A stretch of DNA of 64,000 nucleotides from Octopus sinensis (lineage: Eukaryota). Below, in pieces: positions 26,366-38,132 of this stretch. The stretch is from positions 35,712,001-35,776,000 of the forward strand of contig NC_043004.1 in the NCBI RefSeq assembly GCF_006345805.1, written 5' to 3'. Numbering within the stretch: position 1 is the stretch's first letter; each line of letters starts with the position of its first letter. Made by a program: the position numbers and the translations under genes. The notes beneath the pieces are model-generated. The model was given only the letters and a program-made list of their open reading frames with translations, ran no database searches and was not told the origin of the DNA.

Positions 26366-27089
26366 TACATCTATGTCACACCACTGTTCAAATTTTTCAT
26401 ATCACTACTTGAGGATAAATTCTTTCTTTAGTTTTCTTGGACTCTTCTGTTATACTATTATCTCTTAACAACTTCTTTAAGCATCACTTAGTTTGCAACA
26501 CTTTTGTTTTCTTAAGGAAACAGATAAGCAACTCCAGTTTATTCATCTCTCACTACCAATACAATATATACTGGACAACTTTTAACAGTTTCGTAAAATT
26601 TAGGTTAACTTATCTAAAAGGTCAATTTTTCATAAGTGTAAACAACAGGGTTACTGTAAAATACATATAAAGTGTTATGTTCAGTAGCAGCATTGGATTC
26701 AGTTTCTTCTGAGAAGACAAGAAACTCTGCCAGTCTTGTCATGCTTAACCATTTAGCATTCATATTACTCTGTCAAATAGAACACTTATTTATTGACATT
26801 GTTTTGAATTAACCATGCATCATCTCATAGCTTTGAGATTTCAATGATGTGATTGTTTATTTTGGAATGACATTGTAGGTAGGTGTGAGGGACCAGATCT
26901 GGCAAATTTGAACATAGAAAAATGGTAGAATATTTTGGCTATATACGATGTGTGGTTTAAATGCTAAAGAAATAAATAACAATGAGAATATGCTTAAAAT
27001 GATACATGAATAATGTGTTTCTTTCTAAAACTATGCTATGATTTTTATCTTTGTTTTGGGAAAAGTTACAGCCACTTGAGTTCAATTCG

Positions 27090-27640
27090 GCATGGTGCTG
27101 CTGAATTTGAGTTGAGAAGAGAGACAAAGTAAACAAAATTCTATTTGATTCAACACCCTACTTTCTCTATCTTTCCACTGAACCTTTCTCTCTAACTCAT
27201 TCATAAAAAAACAAACTGACAGGAATGATATTTTTGATTGTTCTCTCAATAAATTAACGATTCCATCCAATGAATTCTATTTAGAAAAATTTTACTTTAA
27301 AATCATTTCTCAGAGCAACATTCTTCAGTTGCAACAGAAAGTACTTCACATGGAAATAACTGAAATCAAGCAAGCCGTAATTATCAATTACTATCATGCT
27401 CTTATCATAAATAAGAGAATAATTCAAGAATAAACTTCAGAACTCAGCACTCAACAGCAATAAGCCTACATTGAGTGTATAAAATGTATCACAATTACAA
27501 AGATCATAAAAATGCTAGAAAATATATTATTTGGGTTATAAAGATATTTCATCTCAGTAACCAACACCTCTGGCTTCAACGTGTTGAGATCCTTAAAGCA
27601 ATAAAACTAAACCTCATCATCACTAGCAAATCACCCTCAA
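27090..27640 (+). pseudogene. Decayed L1/Tx1-like RT relic
   Basis: HGAAEFELRRETK (~F.L.RG.RQG), STPYFLYLSTEPFS (~SP.LF.L..EPLS), LTG and FSQ*INDS (~SQYADD). Confidence 0.35.
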
Positions 27641-28339
27641 TATTGACATTAAGTCTCATGTAAAAATAAGCAGTGGTATTTGCAAGGGTAAATATGTGAC
27701 TGTTGATTGCATAAGAACATTCAGGACGAATCTACAAAAGAAAAGTGGATAGATATTTGTAGATGTATTTCCATAAATTTGAAGAGGGAAGCATCTTAGA
27801 TATGAATATGAAATTAAAGAAGAAAGGAACTTCTTGAATGAAAGAGCATGTCTAGTTAATGATGTAGCTTCTTCACAATCACTGGTCAAGGAGCTGAATA
27901 GCCCCAAATAATTTTATCAATATTCCTAATAAACACTCTTAAGCAGTGAATTAGTGGAATCGGTAAATTGGTAGGCAAAATGCTTTGGTATTTAGTCATG
28001 ACCCTTCACATTCCAAGTTCGAATCTGGTTGAGGTCAATTTTGTCATTAGCTTTCCAGGATCATTAAAATAAAGCATCAATCAAGTAACGAGGGTGATTT
28101 AATTGGATCTGCCTTCTCTCAAATGTTTGACCCTGTTCTAATGTTAGCAATCTATAGAGAGACATGTCGGCCTTCAACCTAAATAACAATGACAGTATGG
28201 CTAATAATTACCAATGATTGGTTCAATAAGTTAACGCTATTCCTTAGGCCTACATGCATTAGATTGATCAACTCACCATGTCTACTTTCATCTTAATGTT
28301 TCACTAGAAGAGATAATTGCTTTTTGTTACAATACATTC

Positions 28340-28560
28340 AAATCATCATCATCATCATTCTTAACCTCCATTTTTCCATGTTCGAATGGGTTGGACAGAC
28401 TTTACTGAGGCAGATTTTTTACAGTTGGATGCCCTTCCTGTCACCAACCTTCACCAGTTTTCAGCCAAATGTAATATTTCCCTCAGAGTCAAAATTTTTT
28501 CCCCTGGGCCAGACATGTTCTCTTGCAGAATACTGGAAATGAATGACATTATCTGCATGA
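28340..28560 (-). mobile_element. 3' end of a related (GAT)n-tailed RTE-type family
   Basis: ATCATCATCATTCTTAACCTCCATTTTTCCATG..GGGTTGGAC..CAGTTGGATGCCCTTCCTG. Confidence 0.6.
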
Positions 28561-28577
28561 GAATGGAACTCCTTTAA

Positions 28578-28797
28578 CTCTTTTGTTACTGTATTTCTGT
28601 TGAGATGCTCTGTGTTTCTTTCAATTTCTTTAAATATAACAAAGAATTTAGCAAAATAATTTTGTTATCATTCAGCTAGTGTTAGGAACATAAATTGTGA
28701 CTAAGGTTTGGTGGAAGATTTTAATTCAAAACTTATGAAAGCAAGACATTTGTACTCAGAGCCAGAGCCAGTTTCAGCCGGGTTGGTAACGAAAGGG
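28578..28797 (-). mobile_element. 220-bp TTAA-type (piggyBac-like) MITE, second copy
   Basis: TTAA|CTCTTTTGTTAC ... GTAACGAAAGGG|TTAA, with TTAA on both sides. The interior is the reverse complement of 25792-26011. Confidence 0.8.
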
Positions 28798-28889
28798 TTA
28801 AAATTGTCGCAAAATGTTGAGACAAGAGACATAAGCATACAAACACGCACACACACACACTACTGTATGTGTGTCAGAGAGAGAGAGAT

Positions 28890-29045
28890 ACAGGTTTCTC
28901 TCACATTTAGTCAGACATTCATTCACAAGGCTTTGGTTGGCCCAGGGGTATAGTGGAAAGCATATGCCTAAGGTGTCACTCAATGGGATTGAATTGAAAA
29001 CCATATGGTTGGGAAGCAAACCTCTCAACCACATAGCTACACTGA
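28890..29045 (-). mobile_element. Decayed tRNA-derived SINE family A
   Basis: CACAAGGCTTTGGTTGGCCC..GCCTAAGGTGTCAC..GGGATTGAA..CCATATGGTTGGGAAGCAAAC. Confidence 0.7.
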
Positions 29046-29085
29046 CACCACTTTTATAAATATATATATATATATATATATATTT

Positions 29086-29128
<43 letters not shown>

Positions 29129-29339
29129 TAGATAAATACACAGACAAATTGATAGATATAGATACACACACACACTCTTACAATGTTTCCAAATTCTTCT
29201 TAAGAGAAAAAAATGTTTTTACTTTACAAAACATCTCTGCCATTAGATGAGAACCTAGAAGAAATTGAATGATATTGTTAGACATTTGGCACCAGCAATT
29301 ATGTAAAACTACTCTTGAGGCATTCAGTCTTAGTAATAT

Positions 29340-29540
29340 TGGTTTCAAATTTTGAAACAAGGTCAGCAATTTCAGGGGTGTGAGTAAGTCAATTACATCA
29401 ACCCTAATTCTCAACTAGTATTTATTTTATTGACCCTAAAATGATGGAAGGCAAAGTTGACACTGGTGGAATTTGATCTCAGAATGTGTGGCTGGATGAA
29501 ATGGCACTAAGCATTTTGCCCAGCATGATTAACGATTCTG
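29340..29540 (-). mobile_element. Decayed SINE family B
   Basis: Reverse complement of the 40282 family (GGAAGGCAAAGTTGAC..GGAATTTG..CTCAGAATG..GATTCTGCCAGCTTGC). Confidence 0.65.
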
Positions 29541-31190
29541 CCAGCTTGCTGCCTTCAGTTTTACTAATACAATAAAAATGGTTGGTTATACAAACAACCA
29601 AGATAAAAATCTTGTTACAGCCTCAAATTTTCAAACTAAATGCATAAGAGAAACCAAAGTTAACATAAACCCTGGAAGCTAATAAACACTTCAGATAGCA
29701 ACAGTGTTGCTTACAGACATTAAATAGTTCTTCGTTACAGTCAGGTGACCATTGAAATTTAATCTTTTGGATATGAAACCATTTCTGTTTTGAAAGTTTT
29801 CTTAAGAACATTTTCTTAAATTAATCTAATTTGATATATGCTAAAACTGAGAAAATATAAATTATTTTACAATATCTTTTTAAATTTCTTGTGATTTTCC
29901 TAACTAATGTAAAATATAGGTAATGTATTACATTAAAAATCTGATGGTTGAAATTGATAACAAACCACCTGAGATTGTTTTTAGTCCTATGATATAAACT
30001 TCTTGTGTGAAAGTGATTTAATTAAAACCTGCCATCGAAGTTTTATATTAATTTATGTTCTCAACGCTGGCTAAATAATGACAAAAGTATTTTACCGAAG
30101 TCTTCGTTATTTTTAATTAATTCAAACAAAATGTAATGTATTTCAACAGAGATATAACAAGGAAAGTGTAAAGTACCTTTGGCCACAGACAAAATGCAGC
30201 ACATGTGACAAGACACAAATCACAAAGCATTAATTGTCCAATGGCATTGTTTCATATGCCACAGACTTTACCTAACAACTACAATTACAAAATTGGAAAA
30301 TAAAAAAAAAACATTCGTCAAAAAGCAACAACAATAAAAAAAAGCACAAGTTTGATGTAAGCTCTTGTAAGATACTTTTATCAGTTTAGTATTTTCCAAC
30401 TTCAATAAACAAGTAAGCAGCAACACACATCAATTTCTCTTGTACAATAACAAAACTTACACTCCCTCATATCTGTACAAACGTCGAAAATACTCCCAAT
30501 CATAAAAAGCCAACAAAACATGCTACTCAAAACGACGACTGATAACAATACAAACAATATATACGTATAAACCATTCTAGTTATGAGCTGCTTAATAATA
30601 ACAACTCATTATGTATTTCTTATTAATAATTCCTTGAAAAATGAATGTAAGAAATTCAAGATGACAGTAAACAACTTAATATTTAAAGTTATATATTTAA
30701 TCTGTGTCTGAGAAGTAAGTAATATAACCAGGTTTTAGAAAGAAGAAAACAAACCTTCACTAACTTCTTTAACCATGTTTATGTTCATGTTTTCAATTAT
30801 GTAGAGACATGTGTATATCAACATTTGTGCAAACAAATAACAACATTCTATCCAGGAGAAATCAAGTTCTACAGAAACAAGGGATAAACGCTATCATCAG
30901 GCATACATACTCAGGGCATGCAGTAGGCATTGATAAAATGTAAACAAAAAAAGCTTCATCATGATCAGATATTTAGTTAAACATGCACAAACACATGCAT
31001 TTACATATAGATATTGTCCTTTTCATGTCAGCTTGAGCTGGATAATTTGACAAGAATCTGACAGCTACGATGGTTTTTGCCATGACCTAATGCCTCAGGT
31101 TTGGTAAGGTTTCTATGGTTTGATACCCTTCATAACACCTTCCACATTACAGTGTGTACTAGATGCTTTCATGACACCAACACTATATAT

Positions 31191-31223
<33 letters not shown>

Positions 31224-31249
31224 CATCATCAAAGAGAACCACATGAGTG

Positions 31250-31663
31250 AGATCAGGGTCAGAGTAACAAGCTGGCTGCCGAGCCCATGGCACATTAAAA
31301 ACACCATTCGAGCGTGATCATTACCTGCGTCGCCTACTAGCACTTGTGCTGGTGGCAAGTGAAAAAACATTCAAGCAAGGTCGTTGCCAGTGCCGCTTGA
31401 CTGGCTACTGTGCAGGTGGCACATAAAAAGCACCATTTGAGCATGGCTGTTGCCAGTACCAAGTGACTGGCCCTCATACCAGTGGCACATAAAAGCACCC
31501 ACTGCACTCTCGGAGTGGTTGGCGTTAGGAAGGCCATCCAGCCATAGAAACTCTGCCAGATCAGATTGGAGTCTGGTGCAGCCATCTGGTTCGCCAGATC
31601 TCAGTCAAATCGTCCAATCCATGCTAGCATGGAAAGCAGATGTTAAATGACGATGATGATGAT
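31250..31663 (+). mobile_element. 5'-truncated RTE 3' UTR ending in (GAT)n
   Basis: GTGGCACATAAAAGCACC units, GGAGTGGTTGGCGTTAGGAAGG..CCAATCCATGCTAGCATGGAAAGCAGATGTTAAATGACGATGATGAT. Confidence 0.85.
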
Positions 31664-32000
31664 ATATATATTAAGAGAGAGTGAGAGAGAGAAAAAGTGA
31701 GAGAAAGAGAGAGAAAGAGGCAGCAGATGAGATCCAGAGATTCTTGATATAGAAGACACTTTGTGGTGTTCAAATTATTCAAACTTAGACACCAATGTCG
31801 TTATGGGGGGACCAGTTCTACAGGGTGAAGAGTGGCTATAAGAGGAATCTAAGTGGGCAGATATTACGACAATAATGCAGATAAACAAATTAAATATAAC
31901 ATCTTGGGTTTATGACACAAAAAGTAAATGCGTACATGTAAACAAAAAGAAGGCAATGACTGAAGATTTTCAGACAATGACTTTAAGTATAAATATATAA

Positions 32001-32240
32001 AGTAAAGACAAACCACAAATCCCTTCAGGTAGATGGCCCTGCTCGATCTGTAGTAGAGGTGTAGGTAGAGACTCTATAAGATGTACCCAGTGTAAGCTAT
32101 GGACACATAAGAGGTGCAGCAATATCAAAGGAAGGCTAACTGGGAAGATAGTTTTTGTATGTGGCAGATGCTCAGGAACAATAAACACTGAAAATGTGCA
32201 GAGAACAACTTCCTCCACATTACAGGGAGGAAAACTAGAA
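32001..32240 (+). mobile_element. RTE internal fragment comprising the PHD-like insert
   Basis: KDKPQIPSGRWPCSICSRGVGRDSIRCTQCKLWTHKRCSNIKGRLTGKIVFVCGRC. Confidence 0.9.
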
Positions 32241-32338
32241 CTGCGTGGCACCTTGGGCAAGTGTCTTCTACTATAGCCTCGGGCCGACCAAAGCCTTGTG
32301 AGTGGATTTGGTAGACGGAAACTGAAAGAAGCCCATCG

Positions 32339-32369
<31 letters not shown>

Positions 32370-32600
32370 GCATGTGCGTGTATGCTTGTGTGTATGCATG
32401 TGCGTGTATATTTGTGTGTCTGTGTTTGTCCCCCTAGCATTGCTGGTGTGTTTATGTCCCCCGTTACTTAGCGGTTCGGCAAAAGAGACCAATAGAATAA
32501 GTACTGGGCTTACAAAGAATAAGTCCTGGGGTCGATTTGCCCGATTAAAGGCAGTGCTCCAGCATGGCCACGGTCAAATGACTGAAACAAGTAAAATAGT
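32241..32600 (+). mobile_element. 5'-truncated SINE family A with tail, fused to the RTE fragment
   Basis: CTGCGTGGCACCTTGGGCAAGTGTC..GGAAACTGAAAGAAGCCC, then (TA/TG)n, then the tail ..GCTCCAGCATGGCCACGGTCAAATGACTGAAACAAGTAAAA. Confidence 0.85.
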
Positions 32601-32699
32601 AAAAGAGAGAGAGTAAAGGAAAAGAGTAAATATGTGTACAAACTAATGCAATGTGTGCGTGTGTAAATAGCTTATTTTTAAAGGCTGACTGACTGTTTT

Positions 32700-33370
32700 G
32701 TGGATCTGTTATCAAACCTAAGTGATGTATCAGTTCTCTGTCAATCAGTGAATTAAGCACATTGAGTGTAGCTTCATATGTCTAGTCTTTTGAGGTTGCA
32801 ATCAATTTAGTGGGTTTTTTTCCCTTCTGCATATTTTCTGTCAGCATCTGGTTCTTGATGATGTGAGCTTCTCAAATGACCCAACCATGTTTCGTGTATG
32901 ATCTCACTAAAGTCCTGTAAATATTTACCTGCAAATAAGTTCATTTTATTGATCCAATAATATTATTAGTTTTCTTGACTGCAACAATGGTTGACTTGTG
33001 GAACTTGGAATTTCTATGAACAACCACATCAATTTCTCCAAGTATAAGATCTTTAATTATAAGAATATTATGAGGTGTTACGACTTAGATCAAGTATTGA
33101 GTTAACCAAAATCTTTTAATACCTCCATGCTCTCATTGTCATCCAGTTTTGAATATCTTAGAGCTAGCATTGAAACATTTGTGCATTCATTTAATTAACA
33201 GCATAATGTCATTTATGAAAATAACAAATAAGATTGAACCTGTAGAGAAAACTGTACTAGGCAATATCTGACTGTCAATCAACTGATGCCTTCTCCCAAC
33301 AAAGTGTTTACTGACCTTGTTATGAATATTCCATTAAGCCCAGAACTTTTATAAATGTCTCAAGTGACAA
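32700..33370 (-). pseudogene. Decayed CR1-clade RT (C-terminal half)
   Basis: GSILFVIFINDI, SKIFK, KDLILG.IDVVV, AVKKTNNIIGSIK, IYRTLVRS and YEATL..LNSL..RELI, in CR1 order. Confidence 0.7.
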
Positions 33371-33413
33371 AATGAAGAAAAGTGCTTTGTTGAACACACT
33401 GTATGTGTACAAT

Positions 33414-33472
<59 letters not shown>

Positions 33473-33734
33473 TATATACATATATTATTAATATTTAGTA
33501 GAAGCAATAGAGTGACTCAAGGGCTGAAGGTTTTGTACATTAGTACATGTCAAACTTATCATTCTGTTACTTATATATTAATAGAAAATATATATGTATA
33601 CCCATATTTTGAGTTCTATCTTTGTATGTCTTCCTGACCATGAACTACCTATGACTGGTGACTATATATATTTACACACACACACACACACACACATATA
33701 TATGCACATGCATACATGCACACACACATATATA

Positions 33735-33895
33735 TACGACAGGCTTCTTTCAGTTTCCATCTACGAAATGTACTCACATGGCTTTGGTCAGCTTGAGGCT
33801 TTAGTAGAAGACACTTGCCCAAGGTGCCATGCAGTGGGACTGAACCCAGAACCATGTGGTTGGTAAGTAAGCTACTTACCACACAGCCACTCCTG
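33735..33895 (-). mobile_element. tRNA-derived SINE family A (well preserved)
   Basis: Reverse complement GGAGTGGCTGTGTGGTAAGTAGCTT..GGGTTCAGTCCCACTGC..CTTGGGCAAGTGTC, with A- and B-box-like motifs. Confidence 0.85.
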
Positions 33896-33922
33896 TATAT
33901 ATATATATATATATACATATAT

Positions 33923-35033
33923 AGAGTTAGAATAGCTTGGGCAAAGTTCAGAGAGCTCTTACCTCTGCTGGTGACAAAAGGCCTCTCGCACAGAGTGAAA
34001 GGCAGACTGTATGATGCATGTGTATGAACAGCCATGCTACATGGCAGTGAAACATGGGCCGTGACTGCTGAGGATATGCGTAAGCTCGCAAGAAATGAAG
34101 CCAGTATGCTCCGATGGATGTGTAATGTCAGTACTCATACTCGGCAGAGTGTAAGTACCTTGAGAGAAAAGCTGGACCTAAGAAGCATCAGTTGTGGTGT
34201 GCAAGAGAGACGTTTGCGCTGGTATGGTCATGTGACGAGAATGGATGAAGATAGTTGTGTGAAAAAGTGCCACACCCTAGCGGTTGAGGGAACCTGTGGA
34301 AGAGGCAGACCCAGGAAAACCTGGGACGAGGTGGTGAAGCACGACCTTCAAACTTTAGGTCTCACTGAGGAAATGACTAGAGACCGAGTCCTCTGGAAGT
34401 GTGCTGTGCACGAGAAGACCCGGCAGGACAAGTGAGTCCATAACCAATGGCCTTCTACATGGGATGGAGCCAGCCTACGTACGCATACCTTCCCTTCTTG
34501 GGACACAAAACTCTACTTGTGAAGACCTGTTGAGGCAAGTGAGGATCAGAATCGAAATCGATCAATGGAAATTGCAGATGTGTTACCAGTGCCGGTGGCA
34601 TGTCGAAACTCTACTTGTGAAGACCCGTTGAGGCAAGTGAGGATCAGAATGGAAATCGATCAATGGAAATTGCAGATGTGTTACCAGTGCCGGTGGCATG
34701 TAAGAGAACCTTCCATTTCGCGACCGTTGCCAGCACCACCCCATTTCGTGTCCGTTGCCAGCCTCGCCTGGCCCTCGTGCCGGTGGCACATAAAAAGCAC
34801 CATCCGTTCGTGGCCTTTTGCCAGCTCTGTCTGGCACCTGTGCGGGTGGCACGTAAAAAGCACTCACTACACTCATGGAGTGGTTGGCGTTAGGAAGGGC
34901 ATCCAGCCGTAGAAACACTGCCAGATTTGACTGGGCCTGATGAAGCCTTCTGTCTTCACAGACCCCAGTAGAACCGTCCAACCCATGCTAGCATGGAAAA
35001 CGGACGCTAAACGATGATGATGATGATGATGAT
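33923..35033 (+). mobile_element. 5'-truncated RTE LINE: ORF C-terminus plus complete 3' UTR and (GAT)n tail
   Basis: RVRIAWAKFRELLPLL..GRLYDACV*TAMLHGSETW..RRLRWYGHV..GRGRPRKTW to the stop at 34435, then a UTR ending GGACGCTAAACGATGATGATG. Confidence 0.95.
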
Positions 35034-35051
35034 ACATATATATACATATAT

Positions 35052-35130
35052 ATCTCATAGCAGAAACAGCTATAAGTTAATTAAGTTCATAACATAACCA
35101 TCATTTTTCCTGTATCAGCTCTTTTTTCTA

Positions 35131-35166
<36 letters not shown>

Positions 35167-35274
35167 TACTAGAGTAAGCACATAAATGTGAAACAAGGTG
35201 GGAAAAAAATAGTCCTCAATTACTGGAGGTAGAGTAATATACTTTCTTATTAAAGCAGGTAAAAGCATGACAAA
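35052..35274 (+). mobile_element. Dispersed repeat family C (inverted copy at 37246-37452, partial copy at 39875-40020)
   Basis: ATCTCATAGCAGAAACAGCTATAAGTTAATTAAGTTCATAAC..(CA)n..GAGTAAGCACATAAATGTGAAACAAGGTGGG..GCATGACAAA. Confidence 0.8.
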
Positions 35275-35280
35275 TATGAC

Positions 35281-35339
<59 letters not shown>

Positions 35340-35344
<5 letters not shown>

Positions 35345-35525
35345 AGAATTCACAAAAAACAAAAGACGAAGACAGGTGGTGTAGATAACAAACAGATGTA
35401 TTGGTTTAACGCTTGGGAATTGGAAAAATCTTTAACGTTTCGAGCCTACACTCTTCCACAGAAAGCAATACAGAAAGAAACAAGGAGAGAAAAAAATGTG
35501 TGTAGTGGCTAGCGATCTATCATGG
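35340..35525 (-). mobile_element. Short dispersed repeat (Penelope pLTR-like) with hammerhead-like motif at 35430-35465
   Basis: Minus strand CTTT-CTGTGGA-A-GAGT-GTAG-GCTC-GAAAC-GTT-AAAG. Homologous to 17290-17450. Confidence 0.6.
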
Positions 35526-36165
35526 TGACACACACACACATATCCATCCATCCATACATACATATCTATATAGTAAATTCAAATAAATAAATAATTCCAA
35601 TAAATGAATTAAAAAATGGAAAAAAATGAATGTAAGGACATGCACATAAAGTATAGACACATACAGACACATACATACATACATACATACATACATACAT
35701 ACATACATACATACATACATACACAGACAAACAAAAATACCCTGTAGCCTTGGATCTGGGTTAGAAACCAGTTCTTTCTCTATTGGCAAGAAATCTTGAA
35801 ATAAACTGAATAATGAAACACACACACATATATTCATATAGATACTTGCTTACAATTACATGTTGGATGTTACCTCCTCCACATTGAACAAGAGACATCA
35901 AGCTGACACTTCTATACAATTTTCTTTTATTTCAACTGATTCTTTTTATATCTAATCAATTCTTCTGGTTGTCACCTTCTTCTATAAAAAAAAAAAAACC
36001 CAATGAAGGCTTTATATTTGCGTATTTGCTTTCAACGATTCAACACAAAAGTGCAAGAGAGAGAAGATATAATAAACTAAGAAACAAGCATGAATAACAT
36101 ATAATACTAATATTATATATATGCATGCATGTATTTGGATGTGTGTAGCTATATATCTGTATATT

Positions 36166-36207
<42 letters not shown>

Positions 36208-36804
36208 ACACACACATGTGTGTGTATTATATATGTGATATGCATGTGTGTGTGTGTGTGTGTTTATTAATCAGAAATTAATTGATTTTTAAATTAAACC
36301 AGCAGGAAAATACACACACACACACACACAAAGACAATTTATTAGGAAAGATGAAAATGAAAATTAAATTATCAGGGAAAGGGAAAAGAAACAAGCAAAA
36401 AACAACAATTTTTAAAAAATAAAGTTATCGAGCCCAAAAAATTGCTAAAGCTCAATGTAACAAAAATAATTCTGATAAAAGAAGAATTAGTAAAATTCTC
36501 TGGAGCATTTCAATAACAACCAAGAAGAAAGAAACACTAGATGCCTTTCTAATGAAGGAGGAGAAACACAAAATATTATTGCATTTTCTTTATGCTCTCT
36601 CTGACATTTTTGACAATTTAAAGAGTGAATGCCACGAAGATAACATTTTTATCTATTTATCTACAATAAATGAATGAAAGAAAGAAAGACATACAAAAAT
36701 AAGTGATAGACCATCTGGAGAAAATTGTTTTAACATTTATATTAATTCTGACTGATAATAATTATCAACAATTGCATCTCATTATCATCATCATCATCAA
36801 TAAT

Positions 36805-36833
36805 TATATATACATATATATACATATATTTAC

Positions 36834-36865
<32 letters not shown>

Positions 36866-37073
36866 ATATATATTTACATATATATACACACATACATACA
36901 TATATACACATACATATATATATACACATACATACATATACACATACATACATATACACATACATACATATATATATATACATACATATATATATACATA
37001 CATATATATATACATACATACATACATATATACATACATACATATATACATACATATATACATACATACATAT

Positions 37074-37130
<57 letters not shown>

Positions 37131-37220
37131 CATACATACATATATATATACACATACATATATATACATACATACATGTGTGTGTGTGAGTATGTAAATG
37201 CATATATATATATATATATT
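36805..37220. repeat. Compound (TA)/(TACA) microsatellite
   Basis: Direct inspection. Confidence 0.95.
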
Positions 37221-37245
37221 ATTAAAACTGCATAGTAGCAGTTTC

Positions 37246-37540
37246 TTTGTCATGCTTTTACTGCTTTAATAAGAAAGTATATTACTCTACCTCCAGTAAT
37301 TGAGTACTATTTTTTCCCACCTTGTTTCACATTTATGTGCTTACTCTAGCATGTGTGTGTGTGTGCGTGTGTGTAGGAACAAGAGCTGACACAGGAAAAA
37401 TGATGGTTATGTTATGAACTTAATTAACTTATAGCTGTTTCTGCTATGAGATGCTGAGGACTCATAGCTGGGTTCCTGAATAACGTCCTACAGCTTCATG
37501 AGAAACTCAAATAAGAAGTGCAAAATTGCAAATACATACA
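37246..37540 (-). mobile_element. Dispersed repeat family C, longer copy
   Basis: Reverse complement of 35052-35274, extended by GATGCTGAGGACTCATAGCTGGG..GCAAATACATACATAC, which is also at 39907-40000. Confidence 0.8.
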
Positions 37541-37552
37541 TACTTACAGTCT

Positions 37553-37677
37553 GAAACACTGCCAGATCAGACTGGAGCCTGGTGCAGCCTCCTGGCTTCC
37601 CAGACCCCGGTCGAACCATCCAACCCATGCTAGCATAGAAACGGACGTTAAATGATGATGATGATGATGATGATGAT

Positions 37678-37680
<3 letters not shown>
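37553..37680 (+). mobile_element. RTE 3' tail fragment with (GAT)n followed by (GACA)n
   Basis: GCCAGATCAGACTGGAGCCTGGTGCAGCC..CCAACCCATGCTAGCATAGAAACGGACGTTAAATGATGATG. Confidence 0.85.
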
Positions 37681-37719
<39 letters not shown>

Positions 37720-38044
37720 TATAATTATATATAAGTTGTATTTAAAATTAAAGTTTATGCAGGAGACTTTAAGGTTTAGTATCCAAACCTTGATATAGGA
37801 ATGCAGGGTGCCTGCAAAGCATGTTCACTACATGCAGCTACCAAGTGTCACCCAAGGTTTGTCATCCAGGACAACTTATAACAGTAAACTACTTTATGTG
37901 GCATGAGGAGGTTTCTTCTGCACCACGGGGTGCATTCGATTCCCTTACATCATCCCCCCAACCCTCTAGAGAGCAGTACAGAAGTAAGCTGAAATGATCG
38001 TTGTGCACTAAATAAAGCTTCCAGTACACTCGTTCTTCCATATT

Positions 38045-38121
<77 letters not shown>

Positions 38122-38132
<11 letters not shown>

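Noticed and set aside
36703-37253. Long ORFs rich in IY/TH/CV/MY (also at 42900-43950, 47325-47660 and 55659-57006)
   Set aside because: They are translations of TA/CA/TG microsatellites, which lack stop codons in several frames.
37450-37510. Hammerhead-like CTGAGGA...stem...GAAAC in family C
   Set aside because: No stem I partner or GUH site could be placed, and the 39907 copy lacks GAAA.
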